Source: Clostridiaceae bacterium
GTDB taxonomy: Bacteria; Bacillota; Clostridia; DSM-8532
Direction: 5' to 3'
DNA length: 64,000 nt
Assembly: GCA_012518025.1 (NCBI GenBank)
Contig: JAAYTP010000008.1
Location: 9,303 to 73,302, forward strand
Made by a program: the position numbers and the translations under genes. Shown piece after piece: positions 45,498 through 53,796 of the stretch (within the stretch, counting starts at the first letter, position 1; each line of letters opens with the position of its first letter). The notes under the pieces were generated by a model. The model was not told where the DNA came from and did no database searches. It worked only from the letters and a program-made list of their open reading frames with translations.

Positions 45498-48056
45498 TCA
45501 TACCCACTTGATCAGGGGCAGGTCATACCTGTTCATCTGATTAGTGTTCCGAGGAATGACCCTGAAGGTATAGCCGTATTCACCACCGTCGGAGAGGCGG
45601 AGCCTGGCCTCATAATGCCAGGCAGCTGAGTCGGTCTGGCGTACCATGCTCATTTCCAGCGGTTTTCCATGGACTATGCGATTGTCGGACAGCGGTCCGT
45701 AAAAGACCTCTACACTGACATCCTCGGGGGTCAGGCTTCCCAACTGAACCGTTATGGACAGCTTGATTTCCTGATCGGATAACACATTGTAATCCGACAG
45801 GCCATGGATATCCTGATTAGCGGTGAGGGCAACCTGGGGCCATGCTGCTTCAACGTGGCGTTTCCATCCTGCCAGTTCACTGACCATGGAATAATTGGAT
45901 TCATTTATTTTCCGGATTCTCTCTATGCATGGAATATACATGGCTTGGGTGTATTCCTTCACCATGCGCTGGGTTCCATAAACAGGCGTAACCGACTTGA
46001 TGGATTCCTTCATCATTCTTATCCAGCCCGTGGGAATTCCCCGCTCGTCACAGTTATAATAGAGGGGGATGATTTCCCTTTCAAGAGTCTCGTAAAGGGA
46101 TTTGCTGTCGGCGTCATCCTGGTGATGCTCGTTGTGGTAGGGAGTATCATCACCAATTACCCAGCCGTTCTTGCCGTTATATCCTTCGCACCACCAGCCG
46201 TCCATAATGCTGAAATTGACCACACCATTGACGCATGCCTTCATGCCGCTGGTGCCGCTGGCTTCAAGAGGTCTTCTGGGATTGTTCATCCAGACATCCA
46301 CTCCCTGAACCAGATATCGAGCCATGCTCATATTATAGTTCTCCACGAGAAATACCTTGCCCTTGAAACCTTCCCTTTTAGCTATATCATGGATACTCTT
46401 TATGACTTCATGAGCCGGCCGGTCCGCAGGATGTGCTTTGCCGGCAAAGATGACCTGAACGGGGGTTCCCTTGCTGTTTAATATCTTCTCGATTCTGGCC
46501 AGATCACGGAATATCAGGCTTGCCCTCTTGTAGGTGGCAAACCTTCTTGCAAAGCCGATAGTCAACGCATCGGTGTCCAGTTGGTTATCCAGATCATTCA
46601 CCTCGTTCAGTGAAACACCATTGGCGATATACTGCTTTTTAAGCCGCTCCCGGATAAAGCGTATCATTTGGGTCTTCAAAGCCTTATGGGTTTTCCACAG
46701 TTCATCGTCGGGGATATTGTCCACCGATTCCCATACCGATTCATCATCCAACCTGTATTTCCAGTCAGATGGGAAATATTTATCAAAAAGATGCCTGAAA
46801 CCCGGAGCCAACCATGTCATGGTATGTATTCCGTTGGTGATATGGGTAATAGGTACTTCGTCCTCGTGAAAACCCGGCCAGATACAGTTGAATATATTGC
46901 GTGAAACGGCACCATGGAGAGCGCTGACGCCATTCTTCCTACCCGACATATTGAGCGCCAGAACCGTCATATTAAAATTGTCCGGATCCCCGGGCTTTAA
47001 ACCAAGCCTTATGAATTCATGCCTCTGAAGCCCTAACTGCTCCCAGTAATGGTTGAAATAACGATCCACCATATCCAGAGGGAATACATCGTTGCCGGCA
47101 GGAACCGGTGTATGGGTGGTGAAAACAGAGGAGGAGTAAACAATCTCCCTTGCCTCTTCAAAGGGTATGTTCTTTTCGGCCACCAGCTTCCTGGCCAGTT
47201 CAAGGCTCATAAATGCTGAATGCCCTTCGTTCATATGGTATACTGTACCCTTGATGCCAAGGGCGTCCAGTGTCCGTATGCCGCCTATGCCCAAAATGAT
47301 CTCCTGCTGAATCCTGGTCTCCCTGTCCCCACCGTAAAGCCTCTCTGTGAGAGAACGGTCGTAGGCATTGTTTTCAGGTATATCTGTGTCCATCAGATAT
47401 AGCTTTACCCGTCCCACATCTATCCTCCATATCCTGGCGAAGACAGTGCGGTTGGAGAGCTCAACGCTTATGGTAAGTGGTTTACCAGTGTCATCAGTAA
47501 CAGGAGTAACGGGAAGCTGTGAGTAGTTCAGGGTTGTAAACCGGGTCTCCTGCCATCCTTCAGCATTTATTCTTTGGTCAAAGTAGCCCTGTTTGTAAAA
47601 GAGCCCTACAGCTGTGAAGGGAAGCCCTAGATCACTTGCTGATTTGCAATGATCCCCGGAGAGGACGCCAAGACCGCCCGAGTAAACCGGTAACACCTCG
47701 TGAAAACCATACTCTGCCGAAAAATATATTATATGCTCATCCCTGTACTGGGGAAAGGCCTGATTGAACCATGTATCCTGATTTGTAAGGTAGTGATTGA
47801 AATCATTCATAACCCTTTCATAACGCTCCATGAAATCAGGACAGGCCATTTTTTCCTCAAGCTTTCGAAGGCTGACCTCCTGAAGGAGCCGCACAGGGTT
47901 GCGGTCGAGCTTTTCCCAGAGCATCAGGTCGATATCCCGGAAGAGATCAATGGCTTCGCTGTTCCAAGACCACCAGAGATTGCAGGATAAATCTTTAAGG
48001 CCGGACAGAGCATCAGGAATGGCGGTAGTCACTTTGATCTTTCCAAATTTATGCAT
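45498..48056 (-). CDS. glgP: alpha-glucan phosphorylase (GT35, glycogen/maltodextrin phosphorylase)
   Basis: 852 aa. Motifs: SAEYG...LP.YSGGLGVLSGDH, a PLP-lysine region EASGTSGMK, and the C-terminal domain typical of the short bacterial/archaeal alpha-glucan phosphorylase family. Confidence 0.9.
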   Translation of the reverse strand: MHKFGKIKVTTAIPDALSGLKDLSCNLWWSWNSEAIDLFRDIDLMLWEKLDRNPVRLLQEVSLRKLEEKMACPDFMERYERVMNDFNHYLTNQDTWFNQAFPQYRDEHIIYFSAEYGFHEVLPVYSGGLGVLSGDHCKSASDLGLPFTAVGLFYKQGYFDQRINAEGWQETRFTTLNYSQLPVTPVTDDTGKPLTISVELSNRTVFARIWRIDVGRVKLYLMDTDIPENNAYDRSLTERLYGGDRETRIQQEIILGIGGIRTLDALGIKGTVYHMNEGHSAFMSLELARKLVAEKNIPFEEAREIVYSSSVFTTHTPVPAGNDVFPLDMVDRYFNHYWEQLGLQRHEFIRLGLKPGDPDNFNMTVLALNMSGRKNGVSALHGAVSRNIFNCIWPGFHEDEVPITHITNGIHTMTWLAPGFRHLFDKYFPSDWKYRLDDESVWESVDNIPDDELWKTHKALKTQMIRFIRERLKKQYIANGVSLNEVNDLDNQLDTDALTIGFARRFATYKRASLIFRDLARIEKILNSKGTPVQVIFAGKAHPADRPAHEVIKSIHDIAKREGFKGKVFLVENYNMSMARYLVQGVDVWMNNPRRPLEASGTSGMKACVNGVVNFSIMDGWWCEGYNGKNGWVIGDDTPYHNEHHQDDADSKSLYETLEREIIPLYYNCDERGIPTGWIRMMKESIKSVTPVYGTQRMVKEYTQAMYIPCIERIRKINESNYSMVSELAGWKRHVEAAWPQVALTANQDIHGLSDYNVLSDQEIKLSITVQLGSLTPEDVSVEVFYGPLSDNRIVHGKPLEMSMVRQTDSAAWHYEARLRLSDGGEYGYTFRVIPRNTNQMNRYDLPLIKWV

Positions 48057-48417
48057 AATAAACCTCCATCATATGACGATATAAAAGTATAGACTTATAT
48101 ATACCCCTTTTATGTTTTTATTAATACCTCATCACATAAAAACCACGGATCGGCTTCATGGGACAGATCCCACGTATAAAACATGGTTTTGTCTGTAAAA
48201 CAGGCAATAGAGAATAGATCTCACAGGATAAATAAATAGTTGTAAATTGGCGCCTTTTACTATATTATATATTTATCTGTGAATCAATACCTTATAAACC
48301 GAGCTTTTTATGGAGAGGGGCAGGGTGGTTACTGGCTTGGCTGTATCCATCACCTCCGAAGGTCTTGAAAAACATGCTCCTATTTATAGTCCATTTTGCA
48401 AAAGGAGAGTGTCGTAA

Positions 48418-48900
48418 ATGCCGGGAGAGAAAAAATTCGGAACGTCGCTTTTTGGATTTAACAAATCGGATGTCAATGCCTACATAGAAAAGATCATCCA
48501 TGAATTCGACCAACGTTTGAAAGAGAAGGATGATGAGATCTCCAATCTGAAACTTCAGATCAGAGAGATGAAGGCACGGTTTGAAACTGCCGCCAACGAA
48601 TCCGAGACCCTGGCCAGGGAGAAGGAAAGGATAGCCAGTGCCCTGATTACGGCGCAGGAAAAGGCTGAATCCATGTTGGAAGAAGCCAAGAGCAAGGCAG
48701 AACAGGAGAAAATAAGGCTCGATGCGGCCCTTGAGGCCGAACGAGAGAAGATTATCGATATCAAGCACGATATCAAGATGATGAAAAGCCAGGTGGTTGA
48801 AGCACTGGCCAGGTACCAGGATTCATTGAATGAGGCGGAAATATTCATAGAGAATAAAGAGCAGGAGTATTATAAGGAAGACGGTCAGGAATCTCAGTAG
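48418..48900 (+). CDS. DivIVA-domain coiled-coil protein
   Basis: The N-terminus FGTSLFGFNKSDVNAYIEKI matches the DivIVA lipid-binding-domain pattern. The rest is a heptad-rich coiled coil. Confidence 0.7.
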   Translation: MPGEKKFGTSLFGFNKSDVNAYIEKIIHEFDQRLKEKDDEISNLKLQIREMKARFETAANESETLAREKERIASALITAQEKAESMLEEAKSKAEQEKIRLDAALEAEREKIIDIKHDIKMMKSQVVEALARYQDSLNEAEIFIENKEQEYYKEDGQESQ

Positions 48901-49032
48901 ACAGGTGCCGAAGGTGGTCTTTTTATAAGACCTGGCGCAGTACTTTTCGATTGATGTGATCCCTGCTTAAGCAAGCAGGGTTTTCTTGTAGCTCAAAGTC
49001 CCGATAATTGCATTTTGAAAGGAGTAATAAAC

Positions 49033-49515
49033 ATGCGACAGGAAATTCTTGATATTCTGCGGAAAAACAGCCGAATCAGCGATGAAGAACTTGCGATCAT
49101 GCTGGATACCGATGTGGAATCGGTAAAGGCGGTCATAAAGGATATGGAGGATAAAGGTATTATCACAGGATATAAAACATTGATAGACTGGGAAAAGGCG
49201 GAGGAGAATGTGGTCACGGCCTATATAGAGGTTCGAGTTACTCCCCAGAGAGGCCAGGGGTTCGATAAAGTTGCCGAGAGGATCTATCAATACCCTCAGG
49301 TAACAGCTTGCAGTCTCATGTCAGGAGGATTTGACCTCTTTGTTGTGGTGGAGGGCAAGACCATGAAGGAGGTTGCCCTGTTTGTAGCTGAGAAGCTGGC
49401 CACCATTGATTCGGTATTGAGCACATCCACCCATTTTGTACTTAAGAATTACAAGGATAACGGAGTAATTTTCAGCCGGGCTCGAAAGGATGAAAGGGAG
49501 GCTGTGGTGTTATGA
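49033..49515 (+). CDS. Lrp/AsnC family transcriptional regulator
   Basis: An HTH region (ILDILRKNSRISDEELAIMLDTDVESV) followed by a RAM/ACT-like domain. The start ATG 49033 follows AAAGGAG. The pairing with the downstream aminotransferase resembles alaR-alaT of Bacillus. Confidence 0.85.
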   Translation: MRQEILDILRKNSRISDEELAIMLDTDVESVKAVIKDMEDKGIITGYKTLIDWEKAEENVVTAYIEVRVTPQRGQGFDKVAERIYQYPQVTACSLMSGGFDLFVVVEGKTMKEVALFVAEKLATIDSVLSTSTHFVLKNYKDNGVIFSRARKDEREAVVL

Positions 49516-50678
49516 ACATAAAGGATAGGATAAAGTCCCACATCCTGGATACACCGCCATCGGGAATCCGGAAATATTTTGATTTAATCAACGAGATGAA
49601 GGATGCCATTTCTCTTGGTATTGGCGAGCCCGATTTTGAAACGCCCTGGACTATACGTGAGGAAGGCATCTATTCCCTCGAGAAGGGAAAAACATTCTAT
49701 TCATCCAACGCAGGATTTATAGAGCTCAGGGAAGAAATCGCCAAATACATGGCCAGGAAGTATAACTTGAGCTATGATCCGGCTTCCGAGATTCTGGTTA
49801 CAGTGGGCGGCAGCGAGGCCATTGATATCGCCCTTCGTACCTTTGCCGGATCTGGTGATGAAGTGATCATTCCCGAACCTTCCTTTGTAGCTTACAAGGG
49901 GTGCGTCATGTTTTGCGGGGCTACTCCCGTACCACTGGAACTGAAGGCTGAACACCGTTTTCGCATTCAGCCCGAGCAGCTAGAGGAGTGTATAACCGAC
50001 AGAACCGTAGCTGTTATTATTGCATATCCCAATAATCCCACAGGTGCAACCATGGACTATGAGGATTATGCCAGGATTGTTGAGGTGCTTCGGGATAAGG
50101 ATATCATTGTGATCTCCGATGAACTGTATGCGGAACTGAACTATAAGGGAAAGCATGTCTCCATAGCACAGTTTCCGGAAATGAAGGGAAAGACCATCGT
50201 GATCAACGGCTTTTCAAAGGCGTTTGCCATGACGGGCTGGAGAATAGGCTTTGCCTGCGGGCATCCCGATGCACTGGAGCAGATGAAAAAAATACATCAG
50301 TATGCCATCATGTGCAGCCCCACCACCGCTCAGTTTGCGGCTATAGAAGCCCTTAGAAACGGTGAGCCTGAAGTTAGAAGGATGGTCGATGAGTACAACA
50401 AGAGAAGGCGTGTTATGCATGATGGCTTTAACAAGTTAGGGCTTGATTGTTTTGAACCCTTTGGTGCCTTCTATTGTTTTCCTGATATAAGATCCACGGG
50501 TCTCAGTTCCGATGAATTCTGTGAAAGGCTGCTGATCGAAGAGAAGGTGCTCACTGTTCCGGGCAACGCCTTTGGTGCCTGCGGCGAGGGCTTTGTCAGA
50601 GCCACCTATGCCACATCCATTGAAAACATCCGTGAAGCCCTGGTAAGGATCGCCCGTTTTGTTGAAAGGGTAAGATGA
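49512..50678 (+). CDS. pyridoxal-phosphate-dependent aminotransferase, class I
   Basis: 388 aa. Motifs: PNNPTG and the PLP-lysine motif NGFSKAFAMTGWR. It overlaps the regulator's stop codon by 4 nt. Confidence 0.85.
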   Translation: MNIKDRIKSHILDTPPSGIRKYFDLINEMKDAISLGIGEPDFETPWTIREEGIYSLEKGKTFYSSNAGFIELREEIAKYMARKYNLSYDPASEILVTVGGSEAIDIALRTFAGSGDEVIIPEPSFVAYKGCVMFCGATPVPLELKAEHRFRIQPEQLEECITDRTVAVIIAYPNNPTGATMDYEDYARIVEVLRDKDIIVISDELYAELNYKGKHVSIAQFPEMKGKTIVINGFSKAFAMTGWRIGFACGHPDALEQMKKIHQYAIMCSPTTAQFAAIEALRNGEPEVRRMVDEYNKRRRVMHDGFNKLGLDCFEPFGAFYCFPDIRSTGLSSDEFCERLLIEEKVLTVPGNAFGACGEGFVRATYATSIENIREALVRIARFVERVR

Positions 50679-50729
50679 TAAGAGTGCATTCAGTTTTGTA
50701 TTTAGTGCCAATGAAAAAGGGCGGATCCG

Positions 50730-50894
50730 TTATATCCGGATCTGCCCTTTGTTTATGTACTTCTTATTTTGCATCTTCATTGCCTCCACTATCAAGTCAT
50801 CTAATTGTCGGCTGATGGTGAGGACGACATCCTTTTTGCACCCGGTTTCAAGCGCCTTGTTGAGCTGACCGCGCACGACTTCAATCCTTTTCAT
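50730..50894 (-). CDS. Spo0E-like aspartyl-phosphate phosphatase (sporulation regulator)
   Basis: MKRIEVVRGQLNKALETGCKKDVVLTISRQLDDLIVEAMK matches the Spo0E-family pattern I..R..L.....V...S..LD.LI. The start ATG 50894 follows GGGGGGA. Confidence 0.55.
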   Translation of the reverse strand: MKRIEVVRGQLNKALETGCKKDVVLTISRQLDDLIVEAMKMQNKKYINKGQIRI

Positions 50895-51182
50895 TTGTAT
50901 CCCCCCGGATAGCAAGTTATAAAACCTTTTGTATTTCTTTGCTAAATCATAACATAATTCGATTGATTAGTCAACAAAAACGGCTTCAGGAGCGGATTTC
51001 GACACGATTCGCCATATGGCGACATAATCGGAATTCGCTGTTAAGTAATGGGGAATGGGGGATATACTATGGCAATAAAAGGCTGTATAATTTATAATTG
51101 GTTTAGGCTTCAACCGGTAGTATGCCGGTTGGAACAGCCAAACCCCGGGATACCGGAAGTTGCGAATGAAAGGAGATAAGAA

Positions 51183-51953
51183 ATGGGAGAGCTGTTAGCA
51201 GGAAGAAATATTCTGATAATGGGAGTGAGAAATAAATGGAGCATTGCTTGGGGGATTGCTCAGGCAGCCCACAGGGAAGGCGCCAATCTGATCTTTACCT
51301 ATCTTGGCGACAGAGAAAAGGAGGAACTGAAAAAACTGACAGCGGATATGGGACCGCTCCATGCCTACCCTTGCGATGTCTCCTCTGATGAGGATATTGA
51401 ACGGCTGTTTGGTTGGATAAAGACCGAATTTGGGGTGCTTCACGGATTGGTTCATGCCATTGCCTTTGCCAAGAGTGAGGATCTTAAGGATTCCTTCCTC
51501 AATACAAGCCGTGAGGGTTTCAGGGTGGCTATGGATATCAGTGCCTACTCCATGGTGGCAGTCTGCCGGCATGCAGCACAGCTCATGACCGAGGGAGGCA
51601 GCATAATAACCCTTACCTATCGTGGATCCATAAAGATCATGCCAGGGTACAATGTAATGGGTGTTGCCAAAGCGGCTCTGGAAGCCAGTGTGCGTTATGC
51701 CGCCTATGAACTTGGCAGCAGTAATATCCGCGTTAATTCACTCTCTGCAGGGCCGATCAAGACACTTTCCGCAAAGGGTGTGAAAAACTTCAGCGATATA
51801 CTGAGCATTGTGGAGGAGCGTTCACCACTTAAACGAAACGTTACCCTGGATGATTTGGGCAAAACAGCGGTATACCTTTTAAGCGACCTGTCATCGGGCG
51901 TGACAGGAGAGGTGATCTTTGTGGACTCGGGTTATAACAATATGGGATTGTAA
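51183..51953 (+). CDS. fabI: enoyl-[acyl-carrier-protein] reductase (NADH), FabI
   Basis: 256 aa. It has N-terminal GVRNKWSIAWGIA and the catalytic Y..M..AK pattern (YNVMGVAKAALE). Confidence 0.9.
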   Translation: MGELLAGRNILIMGVRNKWSIAWGIAQAAHREGANLIFTYLGDREKEELKKLTADMGPLHAYPCDVSSDEDIERLFGWIKTEFGVLHGLVHAIAFAKSEDLKDSFLNTSREGFRVAMDISAYSMVAVCRHAAQLMTEGGSIITLTYRGSIKIMPGYNVMGVAKAALEASVRYAAYELGSSNIRVNSLSAGPIKTLSAKGVKNFSDILSIVEERSPLKRNVTLDDLGKTAVYLLSDLSSGVTGEVIFVDSGYNNMGL

Positions 51954-52011
51954 TTTTTACAAATTGATCACAGTATGTTCATCTCATGTTTCATAATTAA
52001 TTTGGCTATTA

Positions 52012-52052
52012 GGGTGCGGGTTATTGCTGACGGGGCATTGCCCGCACTTTTA
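52012..52052 (+). terminator. terminator after fabI
   Basis: GTGCGGG (52014-52020) pairs with CCCGCAC (52041-52047) and is followed by TTTT. Confidence 0.5.
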
Positions 52053-52222
52053 AATACCGCAAAGGAGGAACCGCATGATAGAGATTTAGGGATTGCTTCA
52101 TTGGCAATGCCTTCTCACGATAACGAGCCTTTTGAAATTTCTACGTATTTCACAAAAAAATATTAAAAACGCGCTTCAAACTTGTTGAAAAATACATATT
52201 GGACTCTTCTATGACTTTTCTG

Positions 52223-52252
52223 TTGATATCCTCATCAATAAACTGTTATAAT
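52223..52252 (+). promoter_or_regulatory. sigma-A promoter of the hydrogenase operon
   Basis: TTGATA (52223-52228), an 18-nt spacer, then TATAAT (52247-52252). Confidence 0.45.
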
Positions 52253-52263
52253 GAAATCGAAGA

Positions 52264-52281
52264 TCGTTAATATGTTCACAA
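52264..52281 (+). promoter_or_regulatory. Rex-like operator (redox-sensing repressor site)
   Basis: TCGTTAATATGTTCACAA matches the clostridial Rex consensus TTGTTAA-N4-TTAACAA at 12 of 14 specified positions. It lies just downstream of the -10. Confidence 0.45.
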
Positions 52282-52314
52282 TATGGATTAGTATAATCAT
52301 CAGGAGGTATTGAT

Positions 52315-52812
52315 ATGGGCGTTTGCTGTTGCAAGGAATCAAAGGAACAAAAGCTTGACGAAATCATCGCCAAGTATAAGGATACCCGTGGTGCGTTGAT
52401 TCCTGTTTTGCATGAGGCACAGGAAATATACGGTTATCTGCCTATGGGTGTTCAGAAAAGAATCGCAGAAGGCCTTAACGTCTCTCTGGCCGATGTTTAT
52501 GGAGTTGTTACTTTCTACACCCAGTTTTCATTGGAACCCAAGGGGAAGTACAAGATCAATGTTTGTATGGGAACCGCATGCTACGTTAAGGGATCAGGTG
52601 ATATTCTTAACAAGCTTAGCGATGTTTTGAAAATCAAGAACGGCCAGTGTACAGAAGACGGGCTCTTTTCATTGGATGCATGCCGTTGTATTGGCGCCTG
52701 CGGCCTTGCTCCTGTTATCATGATCAATGAGGACGTTTATGGCAGGCTGACAGCCGATGATATTCCTGACATCATCAAGTCCTATAAGGAAAAAGAGGCA
52801 GAGGCTGTTTAG
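52315..52812 (+). CDS. hydC: [FeFe] hydrogenase subunit HydC (NuoE-like, thioredoxin-like 2Fe-2S)
   Basis: NuoE pattern: PVLHEAQ, VCMGTACYVKG and DACRCIGACGLAPV. Confidence 0.85.
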   Translation: MGVCCCKESKEQKLDEIIAKYKDTRGALIPVLHEAQEIYGYLPMGVQKRIAEGLNVSLADVYGVVTFYTQFSLEPKGKYKINVCMGTACYVKGSGDILNKLSDVLKIKNGQCTEDGLFSLDACRCIGACGLAPVIMINEDVYGRLTADDIPDIIKSYKEKEAEAV

Positions 52813-52851
52813 GATGTTTCTCACAGCATTTATTGCTGGCAGAGATTAGCT

Positions 52852-53415
52852 ATGAGAGATTTATCACTGCATATTTTGGACATTGCACAAAATGCTGTTG
52901 GGGCAAAAGCTGATCGTATTACCATCAGCTTGACGGCAGAAGGCCGTCCCGGTGTACTGAAAGTCGTTATATCCGATAATGGCAGGGGAATGGAGCCTGA
53001 CCTCCTGGATAGAGTAACAGATCCGTTTACCACCAGCAGGAAGACACGCCAAGTAGGGCTTGGGATACCATTATTGAAACAATCTGCCGAACTGGCGGGA
53101 GGCGTTTTCAGTATCAAATCGGTTGTCAATGAAGGGACAGAGGTAATCGCAACTTTCCCGGTGGATAGTGTGGATCGGGTTCCGGTAGGCAATATTGCCG
53201 ACACTTTGGCTATGTTGGTTGCGTCCCATCCTGAGATTAACTGGGAATTCAGATTTACTAGTGAGTACGAAGAGTTGGAATTCAACCTGGCCGACGTAAA
53301 AGAAGCATTAGAAGGTGTATCAATCACCAATCGTCATGTTCAAGAATGGATACAGAATACATTAAGTGAAGGATTTAAATCGGTTTTTGGAGGTGTTTTG
53401 GATGAAGTCAATTAA
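52852..53415 (+). CDS. stand-alone GHKL/HATPase_c ATP-binding protein within the hyd operon
   Basis: N box LHILDIAQNAV, G1 DNGRGM, G2 GLGIPLL. I see no DHp or His phosphoacceptor region. Confidence 0.7.
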   Translation: MRDLSLHILDIAQNAVGAKADRITISLTAEGRPGVLKVVISDNGRGMEPDLLDRVTDPFTTSRKTRQVGLGIPLLKQSAELAGGVFSIKSVVNEGTEVIATFPVDSVDRVPVGNIADTLAMLVASHPEINWEFRFTSEYEELEFNLADVKEALEGVSITNRHVQEWIQNTLSEGFKSVFGGVLDEVN

Positions 53416-53770
53416 AGAGCTGGAAGCAATTCGTGAAAGAGCTCTCAAAGAGATTTCTGTTCGTGAAAATGAAAATAAAACAAGAATAGTTGTCGGGATG
53501 GCCACCTGCGGCATTGCAGCCGGAGCCAGGCCGGTAATGAATGCCTTTGTTGAGGAATTGAATAAACGAAACATTCATACCGTCAACGTGACCATGACAG
53601 GATGCGTTGGCATTTGTCGTTTTGAGCCCATAGCTGAGATCGTTGACGCCAATGGCGAGAAAACAACCTATGTGAAGCTGGATGCCGAGAAGGCAAGAAG
53701 GATTGTAGCCGAACACATTGTTAACGGAAGACCGGTTCTGGAATTCACAATCGGTGCCGCTGAAAAATAA
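53402..53770 (+). CDS. thioredoxin-like 2Fe-2S ferredoxin subunit (HydD-like)
   Basis: Cys pattern VGMATCGIAAG ... MTGCVGICRFEP. The start ATG 53402 follows GGAGGTG and overlaps the previous gene. Confidence 0.75.
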   Translation: MKSIKELEAIRERALKEISVRENENKTRIVVGMATCGIAAGARPVMNAFVEELNKRNIHTVNVTMTGCVGICRFEPIAEIVDANGEKTTYVKLDAEKARRIVAEHIVNGRPVLEFTIGAAEK

Positions 53771-53796
53771 AGTATGAGGTCAGGGAGGTTGGACTT

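Noticed and set aside
48057-48417. 360-nt intergenic region upstream of the DivIVA-domain gene and glgP, containing a GC-rich segment (GGAGAGGGGCAGGGTGG...CACCTCC)
   Set aside because: It could fold, but I recognise no riboswitch or sRNA family and there is no terminator. It is most simply two divergent promoters and 5' UTRs.
51975-52166. 63-aa ORF in the fabI-hyd intergenic region
   Set aside because: It has no RBS and contains the fabI terminator hairpin. The region is more likely non-coding.
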